64,000 nt of DNA from Phoronis australis (lineage: Eukaryota; Animalia; Phoronida), in contig NMRA01000269.1 of the NCBI GenBank assembly GCA_002633005.1, positions 511,098 to 575,097 on the forward strand, written 5' to 3'. Of this stretch, positions 12,098-25,200 are shown piece by piece (the stretch's first letter is position 1; every line of letters starts with the position of its first letter). Made by a program: the position numbers and the translations under genes. The notes beneath the pieces were generated by a model that was not told the origin of the DNA, did not search any database, and saw only the letters and a program-made list of their open reading frames with translations.

Positions 12098-15000
12098 ACA
12101 TCGTGGTAAAATTTCTAACTAGCTCACAGCAATGTAGCCGACCCGCTAACACTGTTTCTTGTGAAATAGTGAACTGCTGCAACATCCACAACCCCAGCAT
12201 AGTACTTCATAGATTTACAAATATTTGTAGATGATTTAGTGAAAATGAATGATTCAACAGTTACCTAAAGGTGTAATAATGAAATTGGACTGTTAAGTTA
12301 ATGTTCTTTTCCTTTAGAGCAGTGTTTAAATTTTATGTTATTAAGACCTAGGTTAGACTTAGACATACTAATTGTTGTTGAGTTTATTGCAGAACACAAT
12401 TTTTTCAGAGTGTGAAATCTTAAACTGTACTTCACTTTCTAGTGAGCATAACTACTGGTCCTTGTTTTGCGGAATGATTTTAAGTTAAGTATATACAGAG
12501 GTGCCTAAGTTTTCACCTAATCAAAAACCAGGTGTTGAAAAGTGAAGTATTAAAAAAGATGTTCAAAAGATAACAAAATGATGTAAACATTTGAATAAAT
12601 TCATGGAGCTCTAGTGAACCACAGCGAGACTGGTGGTGCAACAGATTCCCTCTCGCAGTGTACAAAGTCGGCCAGAAAATACGTTTGATTGGTTTACATG
12701 ATGAAAGTCATGACCAGAATCCACTGCGAGCTTGGTGTTTAACAGTCAAGTACTGCCGATGTAACAGGAGAACGTGCAATTTGAATATTGGACTAGTATT
12801 ATTTAGATAATTGTGCAATCAAACATGTTCCAGCCAGTATTCCTGCGATGGCATGACGCCACGGGTGTATGGACCATCGTAAGATGATTTGAATCATAAC
12901 TATTTATTGTGTAACTAGGAAATAGAAAGTCTGTCGGTAACTATAGGAAGCCAAAGCCACACTTCCACAAAAGTCAATGACTGCATTGGCTTAGACTGGG
13001 ACAGTTTTACAGGTCATTGACCAGCTTATGAATGGGACTTGCCTTTTAATTAGGAGCATTGTAGTTACAAACTGGTAAACATGTATGCAGTGATGGCTAT
13101 AATAGTCCCTCAGTGCTACAGTGTACAAAGCGTTTCCCGGCTGACAAGAGCCTTGTTGTCAGCTTGGATGATTATATGTGGTTCTAAAGGTATACCCTTT
13201 AGTTATTCGCTCAAACTGCAGGATTTTGAAGGTATTCTACATGAAAGACAAACTTGTTCAGACGACTGTGACAGCTGAGTAGGTACTGTTCCATGACGAG
13301 AGCTCTTGAATAATCCATTGACATCATTCCCAGACAACTCACTCAAGTACATAGACACTGTGACCTAAATGTGTTGCTGGTTGTCTCAGTAATTGTCTAT
13401 TAGGCAACCAAGGTTATGGCAAGTGCATTCCTCCATCAGACTTATTTTGCATGGGAAATTCTAGAATGGACTTAACCCTTTGTCTAGGAATGAGTGTAAA
13501 GGGCTAGTCTCACATTAGGCAAAGTCAACAATGCTATTGTGAGTGACTGGTTGGAATGCTCTTTAGGTTCAAATCCAAGTTTGTGAGTATTGGAAAATAT
13601 TTGAATTACAGCACCTTCATTGAGTACTGAAATATTTCAATCATTTTCCCAGCTCGTGTAGAAAGGACCACAGTTAAACAGACATGCAGACAGCCTCATA
13701 GCACAATTGCAAATTCAGAGACCCTACCGTAATGTTCAAATTTTAAAAAACTGAAAAATCCAAGTTAGCAAATCTGAAGTTTTGTGCTTATTCCGATCAG
13801 TATCGGGCACATTTTTTCAACAGGAGCATCAACAATGCCAACAATGCCACCATCAGACAGAATAAGGAACTATTAAAACACGTCTACGTTTGTGAAGCGA
13901 TTGCCAGTTGAGTTGAGACTAGAATCTTGAAACAAATTGTTCTGATAAGGGACCTCATATTTTGTGCTTCCTGCAATTAAAATTTGTGGATTCTGTTACA
14001 AAAAATACAACTCTGTGAATTAAGTCCATTTTCTGTATCCCTGTAAAACCGGTATCTTAAGAAATTGCTTTTGTACTGGTCTTCCACATAGTAACACAAT
14101 GGTATGTCCATATGAACACACCGATCCAAGACCAAAGAAACTGATAACAAAACAATGCACACTTTTCGTATTTCTACATTCTTGTACTGTTAGACTCTTA
14201 GATTCATTGTCTGTGCTTAGCTAGTTCATCATATTTTGCTTCACACCGTAGCATTCCTAATTTTACCATAAGAAGGACCAAAGGGAATTTAATTAATTCT
14301 GATCCTAGTTTTATAGGCAACCCAATTTATTTTGCTTCGAAGTTGGTATTTTGACTATACTTATCACTGTAGGTGGCTTTAACAAATTAAGTAACTTTCA
14401 TTTTCACAATAACTAGATTTCTGTTTTCTATGTTATCTGCTCAAAACTCGCTCTATACTGCAGCATGGCATCCTCTGCTACATTTGTGTTTGTTGGTTGA
14501 TGTTAATTCATCTAAATTAAAAGTTACTGATGTTTACTCTAGTCGTTTCATTTCCAGGCAGATAGCCAAATTCATACAGAAAAATTGCATCGCTTTGACT
14601 TACAAGAACACCGAGTCATGGTCAAGGAAGTAAATGAGAGGATCTCATACAGCGACAATGGTGACTATTGTTCGACTCAGTGTTGTAGCGACAATATAAT
14701 GCAAAAGCAATCGTGCAAAATACCCTTTCTCCGTCATGATGGCTAATTTTTTGAACCGCAAAAAATTACTGGTTATACTTTTACGCGGACAAAATTCTAA
14801 CTGCAGAATGTCATAGCCACACTACAAACTTAATTACCCACGATTCTCAGTCACGAGGGAAGACTTTACTGAAGACAAATTCAGTTTCTGCCCAGACGTC
14901 ACGTCACTACGGGGAATTTCAGGTCGTAATGTCTGAATACTTTTGGCTTGTACGGTTTACACTGAAGTTCAGAATCAATTACTTTCACTAGATTACTGGC

Positions 15001-15599
15001 AAGACCAAAATGATTTAGATGCCAACTTGTCTCCTAAAAGAATCCTATACACATGTTCACACTTAACCGTTGAGAACTTCCTTTCAGAAATGATTGGAAT
15101 TGTTTTCACGGCATTTAAAATCAGAGGTAACGAAAAACAAACTTGAATAATGTTGGAACTCTTGGACAAACGTAGACACAGGAACTTGTATCTGCACATG
15201 GGCGATTTACTAGTAGATGTTACATGCCCAATCTGAGTAGAATTGACTCGATTGCTCGTTCGCACTTCACTAGGTAGAATTCGGTTTAGGTTAAATAAAT
15301 TCAGCCACCTTCCCGAGTGGGCTAAGGTTGAATCAAATAAAGCTAAGGCGCTTTCGTTTTAGAGTCAATGGGCAATACAAGATGGCATAATCCACCTTAA
15401 GAAGGCAATAACTGAATTCTGCTACATAAGCTATGTTTATCAAAACATGGTTAAAATTGCAAAGCATGTAAAAACGCTAAAAATTACTTGATTAGGGGCC
15501 ATTCATTTCACATGAAGTTACACACCGTACCATCGAAACGGTAAAATCCCACCAATTCCTGACAAAAATAACGGCCAAAAGTGCATTGACGAGAGCAAC

Positions 15600-18500
15600 A
15601 CAGAGCATTAAAATGTGCCAACCACACTGGGAAGTGTTTAATAATATAAAGAAGACCACTAAGTGGCACAGTATTTGTCAAACCGTCTAAAATGAGTCCT
15701 CATTGTCTCCCTTGAACAGAAATCGCAGATGTCAAAAACATACTCGAGAATTACAAAAATTCCAACTAGGTGGTGCAGAATACATCAAATCTGTTCAAAA
15801 AAAGGAAGAAGCCATCATCTTAATAGCAAGGAATTTGCCAAGTTTTATGAAAACCCAAAGGAACTTCAGAGATAGAGATGCAAAGGCAAAAAACTAAAAT
15901 TGTCACTCGGGGCACAGCGATAGTCGGATCAGTTCAAAATCCGTGGCCTTCTGTAGTCAGCTTGATAGGGTCACACCTGCCAAATCTGATTAAGATCCTG
16001 CAAGGGGTTTAGGAGATACAGCAGTGGACACAAGATGACCACAGAGAACTGATGGCAATATGCAACCACATACACATCAAAATTGTTGTTAATTCCCACA
16101 ATTTTTCAATATCTTGTTTAATGGTAGATAGGTGCAGTACTACAAATGTTTTATGAAGAACATAAATTTCACTTGTCAGAGACATTTTATGTCCTTATTT
16201 GGTGAGATTTTACACGGGGACTTTAAGGTTATGTAGGATGCCCAGAAATACGTCGGAATTTGGCCAACTTTGGAATATCATATCTCAGAAATGACTGATC
16301 GGATTCATGACACGCTTAATGCGCAGTTCCCCATAATACTACTAACGTTCCAAGGGCTATCGAAGTACACTGGGACTTGCATGACATTATGAAAAATCTC
16401 ACAAGTTGTACAAAACAAAAATGAAATGATAATTTAGAAAACTGCAACGGCATTTTTGAGATTTCACTTTCAACAATTATATCAAATGAACATTGGTCAC
16501 GTTATTGATACCATCATTTCGCTATCAATGAGCAAAAGTAATGGAAAGACATGGTCACGTGACCCAATTGATGGCAGATTGGTAAAGTCAAAAATAAATT
16601 CTAAACCATTCCTACTTTCGGAAAATATGTATATTATCAAGTTAGCATTCTACAGTTATTTAAATATTTGGCTAAACACACTGGCTTCCCAGTCGACAGG
16701 AAACTATATAATACAAATTTCACGGAAAGCACCAAGAAACTCGGAAATTACAGAGGCAAACGAAAAAAAAAAACTGCCACTAGGGAGCACGGTTGGACGG
16801 GTATGAAACTCGACGCCACCTTTTGCCGTCTCCATAGGAAAACATCTGCTAAATTTCACAAAGATCTTACAAAGGATAAAAGGAGATGCAGCAGTGGACC
16901 TGCCAAATTTCACAAAAACTGCAAGGGGATTTACAGATAGAGCAGTGGATGCAGACGGGCACAAGGATGCGTGATGAATGGATGTTCTACAGAGATGCAA
17001 TACGCACCTACATATGTACATGTGGGCAAACAAGTACATTTTCAGAGAAGGCAAACTAACACTTTCACAACAACAATTCCCAAGTCATAAAAATATAAGG
17101 AGATAACATATTCAAAAAACATTTTCTTAATAATTCAATACATCTTCGCTGTGTCTTACCTTTGAGGCAGTTCTGTTCCAGACGGTGACCTCATGACCTG
17201 CCCGTAACAAGCTGGTTACCACCCCTTGTCCTATATTGCCCAATCCAAGGAAGCCTATTTTCAGGGGTGTGGCTATGACACTTCTAGATGGCTTGATTGG
17301 CGACGTCATTGTGATTGTGCTGTCGCCAGCTGCTACTAGGTCACTGTCCTATAGGGAAGATCCAGAAGGAATGGATTTCAGAATTGGGGATGGACTACAA
17401 CTTTAGGAAAAACATCAAGTGTTTCAACATTGTCACTCAAACTTTCTCCACCATGTTCGCAACACAAATGAAGAAAAATCAAAACTGCTTTATGAACAGT
17501 AATGGAAACGGTAATTCACAGGGTGATAGTTTATATACGGCACACAAGGGGGGTTTTGTCATTTGCGTTGCAAATATGGTATGGAATAATACACCAAAAC
17601 ACGTCAACCTTGAAAAGTCTTGAAGGTTAAGGCAATTGCTTTTCACTGTCACTTTAGATTAAATTACCATTTTCTGGTTATCATAGAAATACGTTTTATC
17701 TTCTTTAGATTTGACATGTAGACAATAGCACTGCAAACCGTGTGCTTTAAGATGGTGCAGAATGCGTAAAACCCATCCGAACTGAGAAGGTGGTGTCTCT
17801 GTAAAACACTACCCGGTATTGGCCAAATTTCATGAAAATAAGCCAAGGAACTCCTAAGATACAGAGACAAAAACAATTGACACTAGGGGGCACAGTTATA
17901 GTCGATTGCTCTGAAACTCATCGTCATCTGTTGCCATCTCTACAGAAGCCCATTGCCAAACGTTCGCAAAGATTCTTCAAAGGGTTAAGGAGATGCAAAA
18001 TAGAGCCTAAAGGCACCAGAATACGCAAAAACATCTGAAAATCAACATCAGCCAGGGTCTTTACATCAGGTACACAACAGCCGATTTTCATAATCGTCCT
18101 TTGAGTGGTTTGGCAGATAGAAAGGCAGATGTCAAAAACGTATGCAAAAATCTTTAAATGACCACCAGGAGGGGCAGAAAACATCAAATCAGCCCGAAAA
18201 TGGGAAGGTGTTGTCACCTCCTTAATAGAAACCTATTTGCCTAATTCCATGAAAATACATTCATGAACTTAGAAGACACCGAGGTAAATGTAAGAAACAT
18301 TTTGTTACTAGAGGGCACAGTGGTATTTGGATTAGTTCGACATGGTACCGTTTGTTGTTGGCTCCACAGGAATAAATCGTTCATTTTTCAAAGCTCGTTC
18401 AAAGGGTTAAGGACATTCGGCCTCAGACGCGAAAAAAACAAAATCACCACAAGGGGGCGACACAGTAATTGGACCCATTTGAAAGTAAACTTCCATCATG

Positions 18501-19280
18501 GCCCTCTCACCAGGAACACATCTGTTAATTCTCATGATCCTTTAAGTGGTATGACAGATATGGAGGTGGACGCCAGAAAACAGAATAAAAAATAACAAAA
18601 AATGGCCACCAGGTGGCACAGAAAACATCAAATCTGTCTGAAAATAGGAAGGCATTGTCATCTCTTTAATAGAAACCTATTTGCTGAATTTCATGAAAAT
18701 ACATTACTAAAGAAACAAAAAGGCAAACGTAAAAAAAACATTTTGCCACTATGGGTCACTGTAGTGGACCAATTCCACACTAGTTATTGTTCGTTCTCGG
18801 CTCCGTAGGGAATACATCTTTCATATTTCACAAAGCTAGTTCAAAGGGTTAAACAGATTCGGTCTCAGACACAAAAAAATAATTGCCACTAGGAGGCGAC
18901 ATAGCAGTCAGACCCATCCGAAACTCAACATCAGTCGTGGCCTTCTCACCACCAACACATCTGTAAATTTTTACGATGATCCTTTAAGCGGTATGGCAGA
19001 TAGAAAGGCAGACGTCAGAATACGGACGCAAAAATAACAAAAATGTTCACGAATTGGCATAAAATTTGTCAAATCTGTTCGAAAATGGAGTAGCATCATT
19101 GCCTCCAAAGATACAGAGGCAAACGCACAAAACGTAAAATTTCCACTAAGGGGCACAGCCGTAATCAGGTTGGTAAGAAACTCGTGGTCATCTGTCGTCA
19201 GCCACATAGGAACACACCTACCAAACTTCAATAAGATCCTGCATGGGGTTTAGGAGATACGGACGTGGACGCCAGACATG
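15600..19280. repeat. Degenerate ~100-110-bp subunit repeat arrays (gccactagggggc / aaatttcatgaaaat / gagata motifs); blocks at ~15600-16050, 16700-17000 and 17780-19280
   Basis: Periodic recurring motifs; the GLYR1 exon 17160-17348 lies between blocks; resembles Helentron/HINE-type invertebrate repeats (inference). Confidence 0.6.
17160..17348 (-). CDS. GLYR1: GLYR1 exon beginning the NAD(P)-binding Rossmann domain
   Basis: cctatag acceptor, gtaaga donor, KIGFLGLGNIG...VTVWNRT. Confidence 0.93.
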
Positions 19281-22200
19281 CACCCATAATAACTGCGTGG
19301 GCATTGTCTGCTCACATTTAGAGTCAAAACCACCAAAGTGAATGCTGGTAACAGGATGCCAGAAACAAACATTGGTTTCAAATAATGTTGTTCTTGATTA
19401 AAAGTTAGTCTGTATTTATGATTCTAACAACTGTTATCAGTTTATATACATTTTGAATATGAATATTTCTATCTAATGTAGCACAGCAAACAGCTAAACA
19501 TTGTATTCATAAAACCTATTGTGGAAAATTGAAAAATAATTAACTGTATTTCATCACCTCCTCTTCCACAGTTGCGTTTCATACGATTCCCTTCGAAGCG
19601 CAGAGCGCACTATATTTTTTCACAAAACATGTCCCCTTAGGAACCTTAGAGAATTAACTATTCTTGTATCACAATGTTAAGATGAGAAGAACATGCAGCT
19701 GATACCTTCAAATAAGTCTGAGATTTCCCTCAAATAAATAGAAAAACAAACGAAACGAACACGTCATTTATTTGAAATAAACGAATCTCCGCGACTGTTT
19801 TATAATGAGTTGGTGAATGTGTTTGGGTCAATTTACACTCCCCGACCTTTCCAGGCTCATAAATACTCACTTGAACACTCGAATATACTAAATCACGATT
19901 GTTAGAGACGTCATTGCTACAATACCTAATAAGAAAGCATACCTTAAAACCAAGCAAATTTCCTGCCAACAAAATTTAAAAAAAGATGGTGTGTTCTGTC
20001 AAATTCTGCGAAAGCAACAATCTTACCCTGGCCTTTTTTGGTGTGCCTGGTGTCTTTACAACCATTTTTTGTTTCTTCGGCTTCACTGTTGGAACAGTGT
20101 CAGAGTTTTCCCTTTTCCTCGGCCTTTTCTCCTTTTCGGATTCTTCTTTCTAAAAATCAAGTTTTAATTCTAGACAATAACTGTGTCAGACAAAATAAAA
20201 GAGCATGTGGCACTTTTGCCACCCCAAAACGTTTTGTTATATTGTGATGGAGAGTTGTAGAATCGCATGTCGCTTTCCCACCAACGCCACAAGGAGGAAC
20301 TCCATTCTATCGCAACCCCACCACAACTCCAGTAAGTACCTTTCCCATTGACTGGCGACATCAGAGTTACCCTTAGTTCTCTGATTTAAACACCAGGAGG
20401 CGTATTTGAATCACACTCAAGAACTAATGAATTCGAGATAAATCTCCAGGCATTTAAGGTGAATAATGCGAGACTGATGAAGGGGTTGATCCAAGATTTT
20501 GAGTTGGGGGGGGGGTGGTCCCAGGGCAGAATTTAGCCAGGATTTTGCCCGTCAGACATTCGCACCTCCGCACTGCCTAATGGAATCTGGGAGAATTTTA
20601 GAGGAGGCATGGCCCCCTTGGCTCCCCTCTAAATCCGCCACTGTGATCCATGCTTTTCTCTTTCCGTTGCCCCATTCCTTTACGTGTGACTATAGGAAGT
20701 TGGTAATGAAAGACGCTGGAGTGATGACTGTCTTGATGTCATGACCTTTAAAGATGTAAATGCATTCTCCTAACTACGCTATCATATAGCAGGAACTAAA
20801 CGACAATGCTATTTAAACATCATCTACGCTAAACAAAGTGCAGTTGTATCCACTGACAACTTGTAAATGTGAAAACAAAACATTTTGCAAATAGGTGACC
20901 TTTGCACTAATGACGTACCTTGAAGGCTCACATAGCCCGCATCATACATTGTTATTCCCCAACACTATGACACGATACTTACTGGACACGCTTCAGTGAT
21001 TTACGGCGGATCATTTTCAACACAAAACTCATTCTTAAAAACAATAGCTAATTTTAAATGTACCATACTTCATATTCACATCGTTGTTACATGTTGTGTT
21101 TATAACTAATTTGACGAAGCAATCACCGAGATAAAGAAATAGCGTGCAAGTTCCACTTTAAGGAATTAGTGCAGCCGACGTGGAGATAGCGGTTCCCACT
21201 ACAGCGAAGTTGAGCAACTCCACACTTAACTCACATATTTCGAGAGGAGTTGCAATGGCTAATGAAGTCCAGGAGTAACGCTTTCCCATCGAGCATAACT
21301 CAGCGAAACAGGAGAGTTGCGGCGCTGGTTGGAAAGCAGCATTAGAGTTGCGGCGCTGGTGGGAAAGCAACATTACAGTTGCGATGCTGGTGCAAAAGCA
21401 ACATTAAATAACAAGCTGTAGTAGACTTAAATAGCAAACATCTGACAGGTAACTCCACAGAACGGTCAGAGCATGGAGGCATCTGTCGCTTGACCCAATT
21501 TCAAATTTTTTGGAAGGTAAAGTGAGGAGAGTTGAGAGGAACAAAAGGCTATCACACACCAACCTTCTTTTTGGGTATGAGAGGTAAGTCATCCGAATCC
21601 AAGCTCTCCTGGATCTGAAATAACAAAGGTTTGGAAGTCCTATAAGAACAGCTGAATATCAAAATCATGTCAAATACATTTGGTGAGCAATCGTATCAAG
21701 GTGCTGGTTCAAAAATCCTCAAGAGAAAATCTAACAGGAGTTAAAACACAACTACAGTCATGGTAATTCTCCACTGAATTTGCATAAAAATAATTGCCAA
21801 AATTGTCATTTTCCATTTTTCAAGTGCTGGTTACCTTGTTGGAAACAATGAAAACTTTACCAAATGTTGTCTATGACATCCACGTGGTATAAATAGACTA
21901 AAATTTAGTTTTGAGGCTACAACGTGTGCTATTTTCTTAACATTTATTTTGAGGCTATAATGTCTGCTACGTAAGAGACGCATTGTTTTCAGTTGCTAAG
22001 CATGTCACCACTATTTTTGCAGCAAAATATTAAAAATAAGTACCACTATGCGGCATAGTTACTCTAATTTGTCTAGTAAAGCAGAAAAAAGCAGGTTTTT
22101 CAAACATGGCTCAAAATTTCAAACACGACTCAGAGCTTTTCAATCTTGGCTCAAGATTTCCTACACAACAAATGTTAACACACGTACATATAGGGAGATA

Positions 22201-25200
22201 CCTACATAATAAATGTTAACACAAGTACATGTAGGGAGATAAGTACATACTAAATGCTAACATGAGTGTAATCACTTTCACTAGAGTGCAGAGAACCAGT
22301 AAGCTAGCCCCGTTATAACACTCTCAAGGCTTAACTCCAAACATGATCATAAATTATATTTTCCGTAACAAACATTTAAAAAAACAAAAAATCAAAGTGA
22401 AACAGCAACAAAGATTGAAGAACTCTTTTCACAATAATTTCCAGATACATTAACATGTTTAAGTAAGATTCTCCCCAGACATATTCAAACATGATGCTCC
22501 GGCATGTTTAAAAAGTTCCCGACCATGTTCGGAAATCTCAACCATGTTTGAAAAGCTCCGAGTCGTGTTTAAAACCTTACGCCACGTTTGATGGGTTGAG
22601 CTTTTTTCTTGTTTACAAGACAAATTATTCCATGGCGCTATTCTTTTGCTGTTAAAACGACAGCACTCAACAAATGAAAATAAATCTGTAATCGTACTCG
22701 TTTTTGTCACTTAGAAGCAAGCAAATCAAGATGAGAAAACACAGCACAAAATACGAGCCATTGGATTCTCATCTAGGAAGAACCCTGTTAAACAATATGG
22801 TAACATTTCAAAATCCTAATTCCCCAATGTTTATTTCACAATGTATGTCCTGACAGCATATATAGTATAAATCTAGTCTACATTGTTATTCACATCTGCT
22901 GCAGCAAATAAGTTAACCCTGAAGAGAAACTAGGTCATTAGATCAACAAACCTCTATAATGGTTTGTGAAGTCTCCCTCTTCATACCAGCACTATTGAGA
23001 AGCTTATTACTTGAGCATCAAATCTATCAGTTCTTTTTAGACTGCAAGGTCATAAGGTCATATGACAGCTACCATAATTAGTATATATAATGAATCAGTT
23101 TGTCATAAATTGGAAATCAGTACTGAAACCCATGTATAAATTATAATGCTTTCAATGAGTTTAGAAGAACAATAATTGCACTGTTTCACAAAACAAACAA
23201 AATAGATCGACGAGTTATAACTAATCAGTTGGAAAATCAAAGCACCGATCTAATTTGCTGCCAAAGAATAAAAGACATTAGCAGCAAGTGGCCCAAAAAT
23301 ACCCCTTTTTCCTGGACATACAGGGCAGCATCACTAAATACGGTCACTTTTAAGCGAAAGCCAATTATAAATCTACTTTAAGGCAAAAAAGGTAGCAATG
23401 GGGGAACCATACGGTGGGGTAAAATTTTTCAACAACAGGAACATAAAGCGATCACATGCACCCACAATGCACCCTAAACATTACGTTTCTAGGGGAGCTT
23501 ATCAGTTTCATGTAAGGTACAAGGAAACAACAATTTGACCTCAGGGGGTGGCTGCAACAGTCCACATTGAGAAAAAGTGTAGGCACCTCACCTTTTAAAA
23601 CTAACATCAAACAAAATCAAAAAGTATAAAAAATAAACAGTTTTGGATATTTTGCAACAAAGAAGTAAAACATACCACAAAGGAACACAGCACAAGGCAT
23701 CTAAAAATTTACTGATCTAGCGTACTTTTCATAAAGAACAATCATGAAGTTAAGTATATATAAAGATAGATCAAAATGAAAAACAGGCACAGCACTAGTT
23801 GAAATCTGCTCAAAATTGATAGTTGTCTGATCTGCAAGATGGAACAGCCACTAGAGGGTGCTGCAATAATCAAATCCGCTTGAAAATCGACTGGTACCAT
23901 CGCAATACTGTAGCATACCTCTGAATCAGGTTTACTTGAAATCCGCCACTCATTTTCCAAGATATCACATGCAAACAATCTTCTCAGAAACACTAAAAAA
24001 GCCCCTTGTCAAGATCAAAATGGCGTATTGTCATCACATATCCCTGTCCTAAGTTTCATTGAACTCTTTCAATCAGTTCTCTATACATCATACGGAAATT
24101 AATGCTCTTCTCCAAAAATACTGAAAAGCCCTGGCCTGGCCTCAAAGCAAGCGTGCACTGCCCTCCGAATGCCCTACACCCTTGAGATAAATTTCACCAC
24201 AATACAACCACAAGTTACAGACAATCGGACAGCAGGACAATCAGACAAAATGGCCACTAAGAGTTGATGCGGTGGTTGAATAAGCATGAAAACTGACTGG
24301 TCTTGGCATATTGCCATCACGTACCCCTGTGCCAAGGTTCACTGAAAACCATTAATCAGTTTTCTAGATATTACCCGAAAACACTCTTCCTTAAAAAGAA
24401 TGAACTTAGCTGATTGACGAGACCAAAATTGCAACTTCAGGTTGCCGTAGAGGTCAAAGGTCAAATCTGCCTGAAAATTGGTGCTGGCAGATTGCTACCA
24501 CAAACCTCAAAGTCAAGAGTCATTAGAATTCACCAATAAGTTCTTTAGACTTCCCACGGAAACTCTCTTCTCTCAAAAAGTACTTAAAAAGCCCCTTGTC
24601 TAGACCAAAAACGGCCACTAAGGAGTGCTGTAACCATCAAATCTGCTCGAAAATCAACTGGTGTCAGCCCATTGTTGTTACGTACATCTGCGTCAAGTTT
24701 CATCGAAATACGGCCACCAGTCCCTTTATATATCACCTGGCAACGGTCTTCACCAAAAACTACTAAAAAACCTCGTGCCTGGGGCGCGGCAAATTAAATA
24801 GCAACAGGCACCTTACACCCTTGAGACAAATTTCATCAAAATACGACCACACGTTTTTGAGATATCGAGCAAACAACTGGACAACAGGATGATACTTTAT
24901 AAATCTAAGCCAAGTGCTGTGTTTAGTGAAAGCTGTGTGAACGAAGGGTTGCTGTCAAACTATACCAAGGCCACATTATAGAAAAATTCCTATAAAAAAA
25001 TCCAACCATATTTTGTAGTCAGGAAGGAATATACCATATTTTCAGGCAAAGGTTTGGTTTTTAGCGCCAAGGCAAGTGTCCACAACTTTTATGAATGTTT
25101 GGTTTTGAAGAGTCTAGTGACTTCCACTGCGCAGTGTCACTAAGGTGTAAATATTTAAGGACATCTTTGGTAGGTAGCTAAAAGTGACCAGGCATTGACC

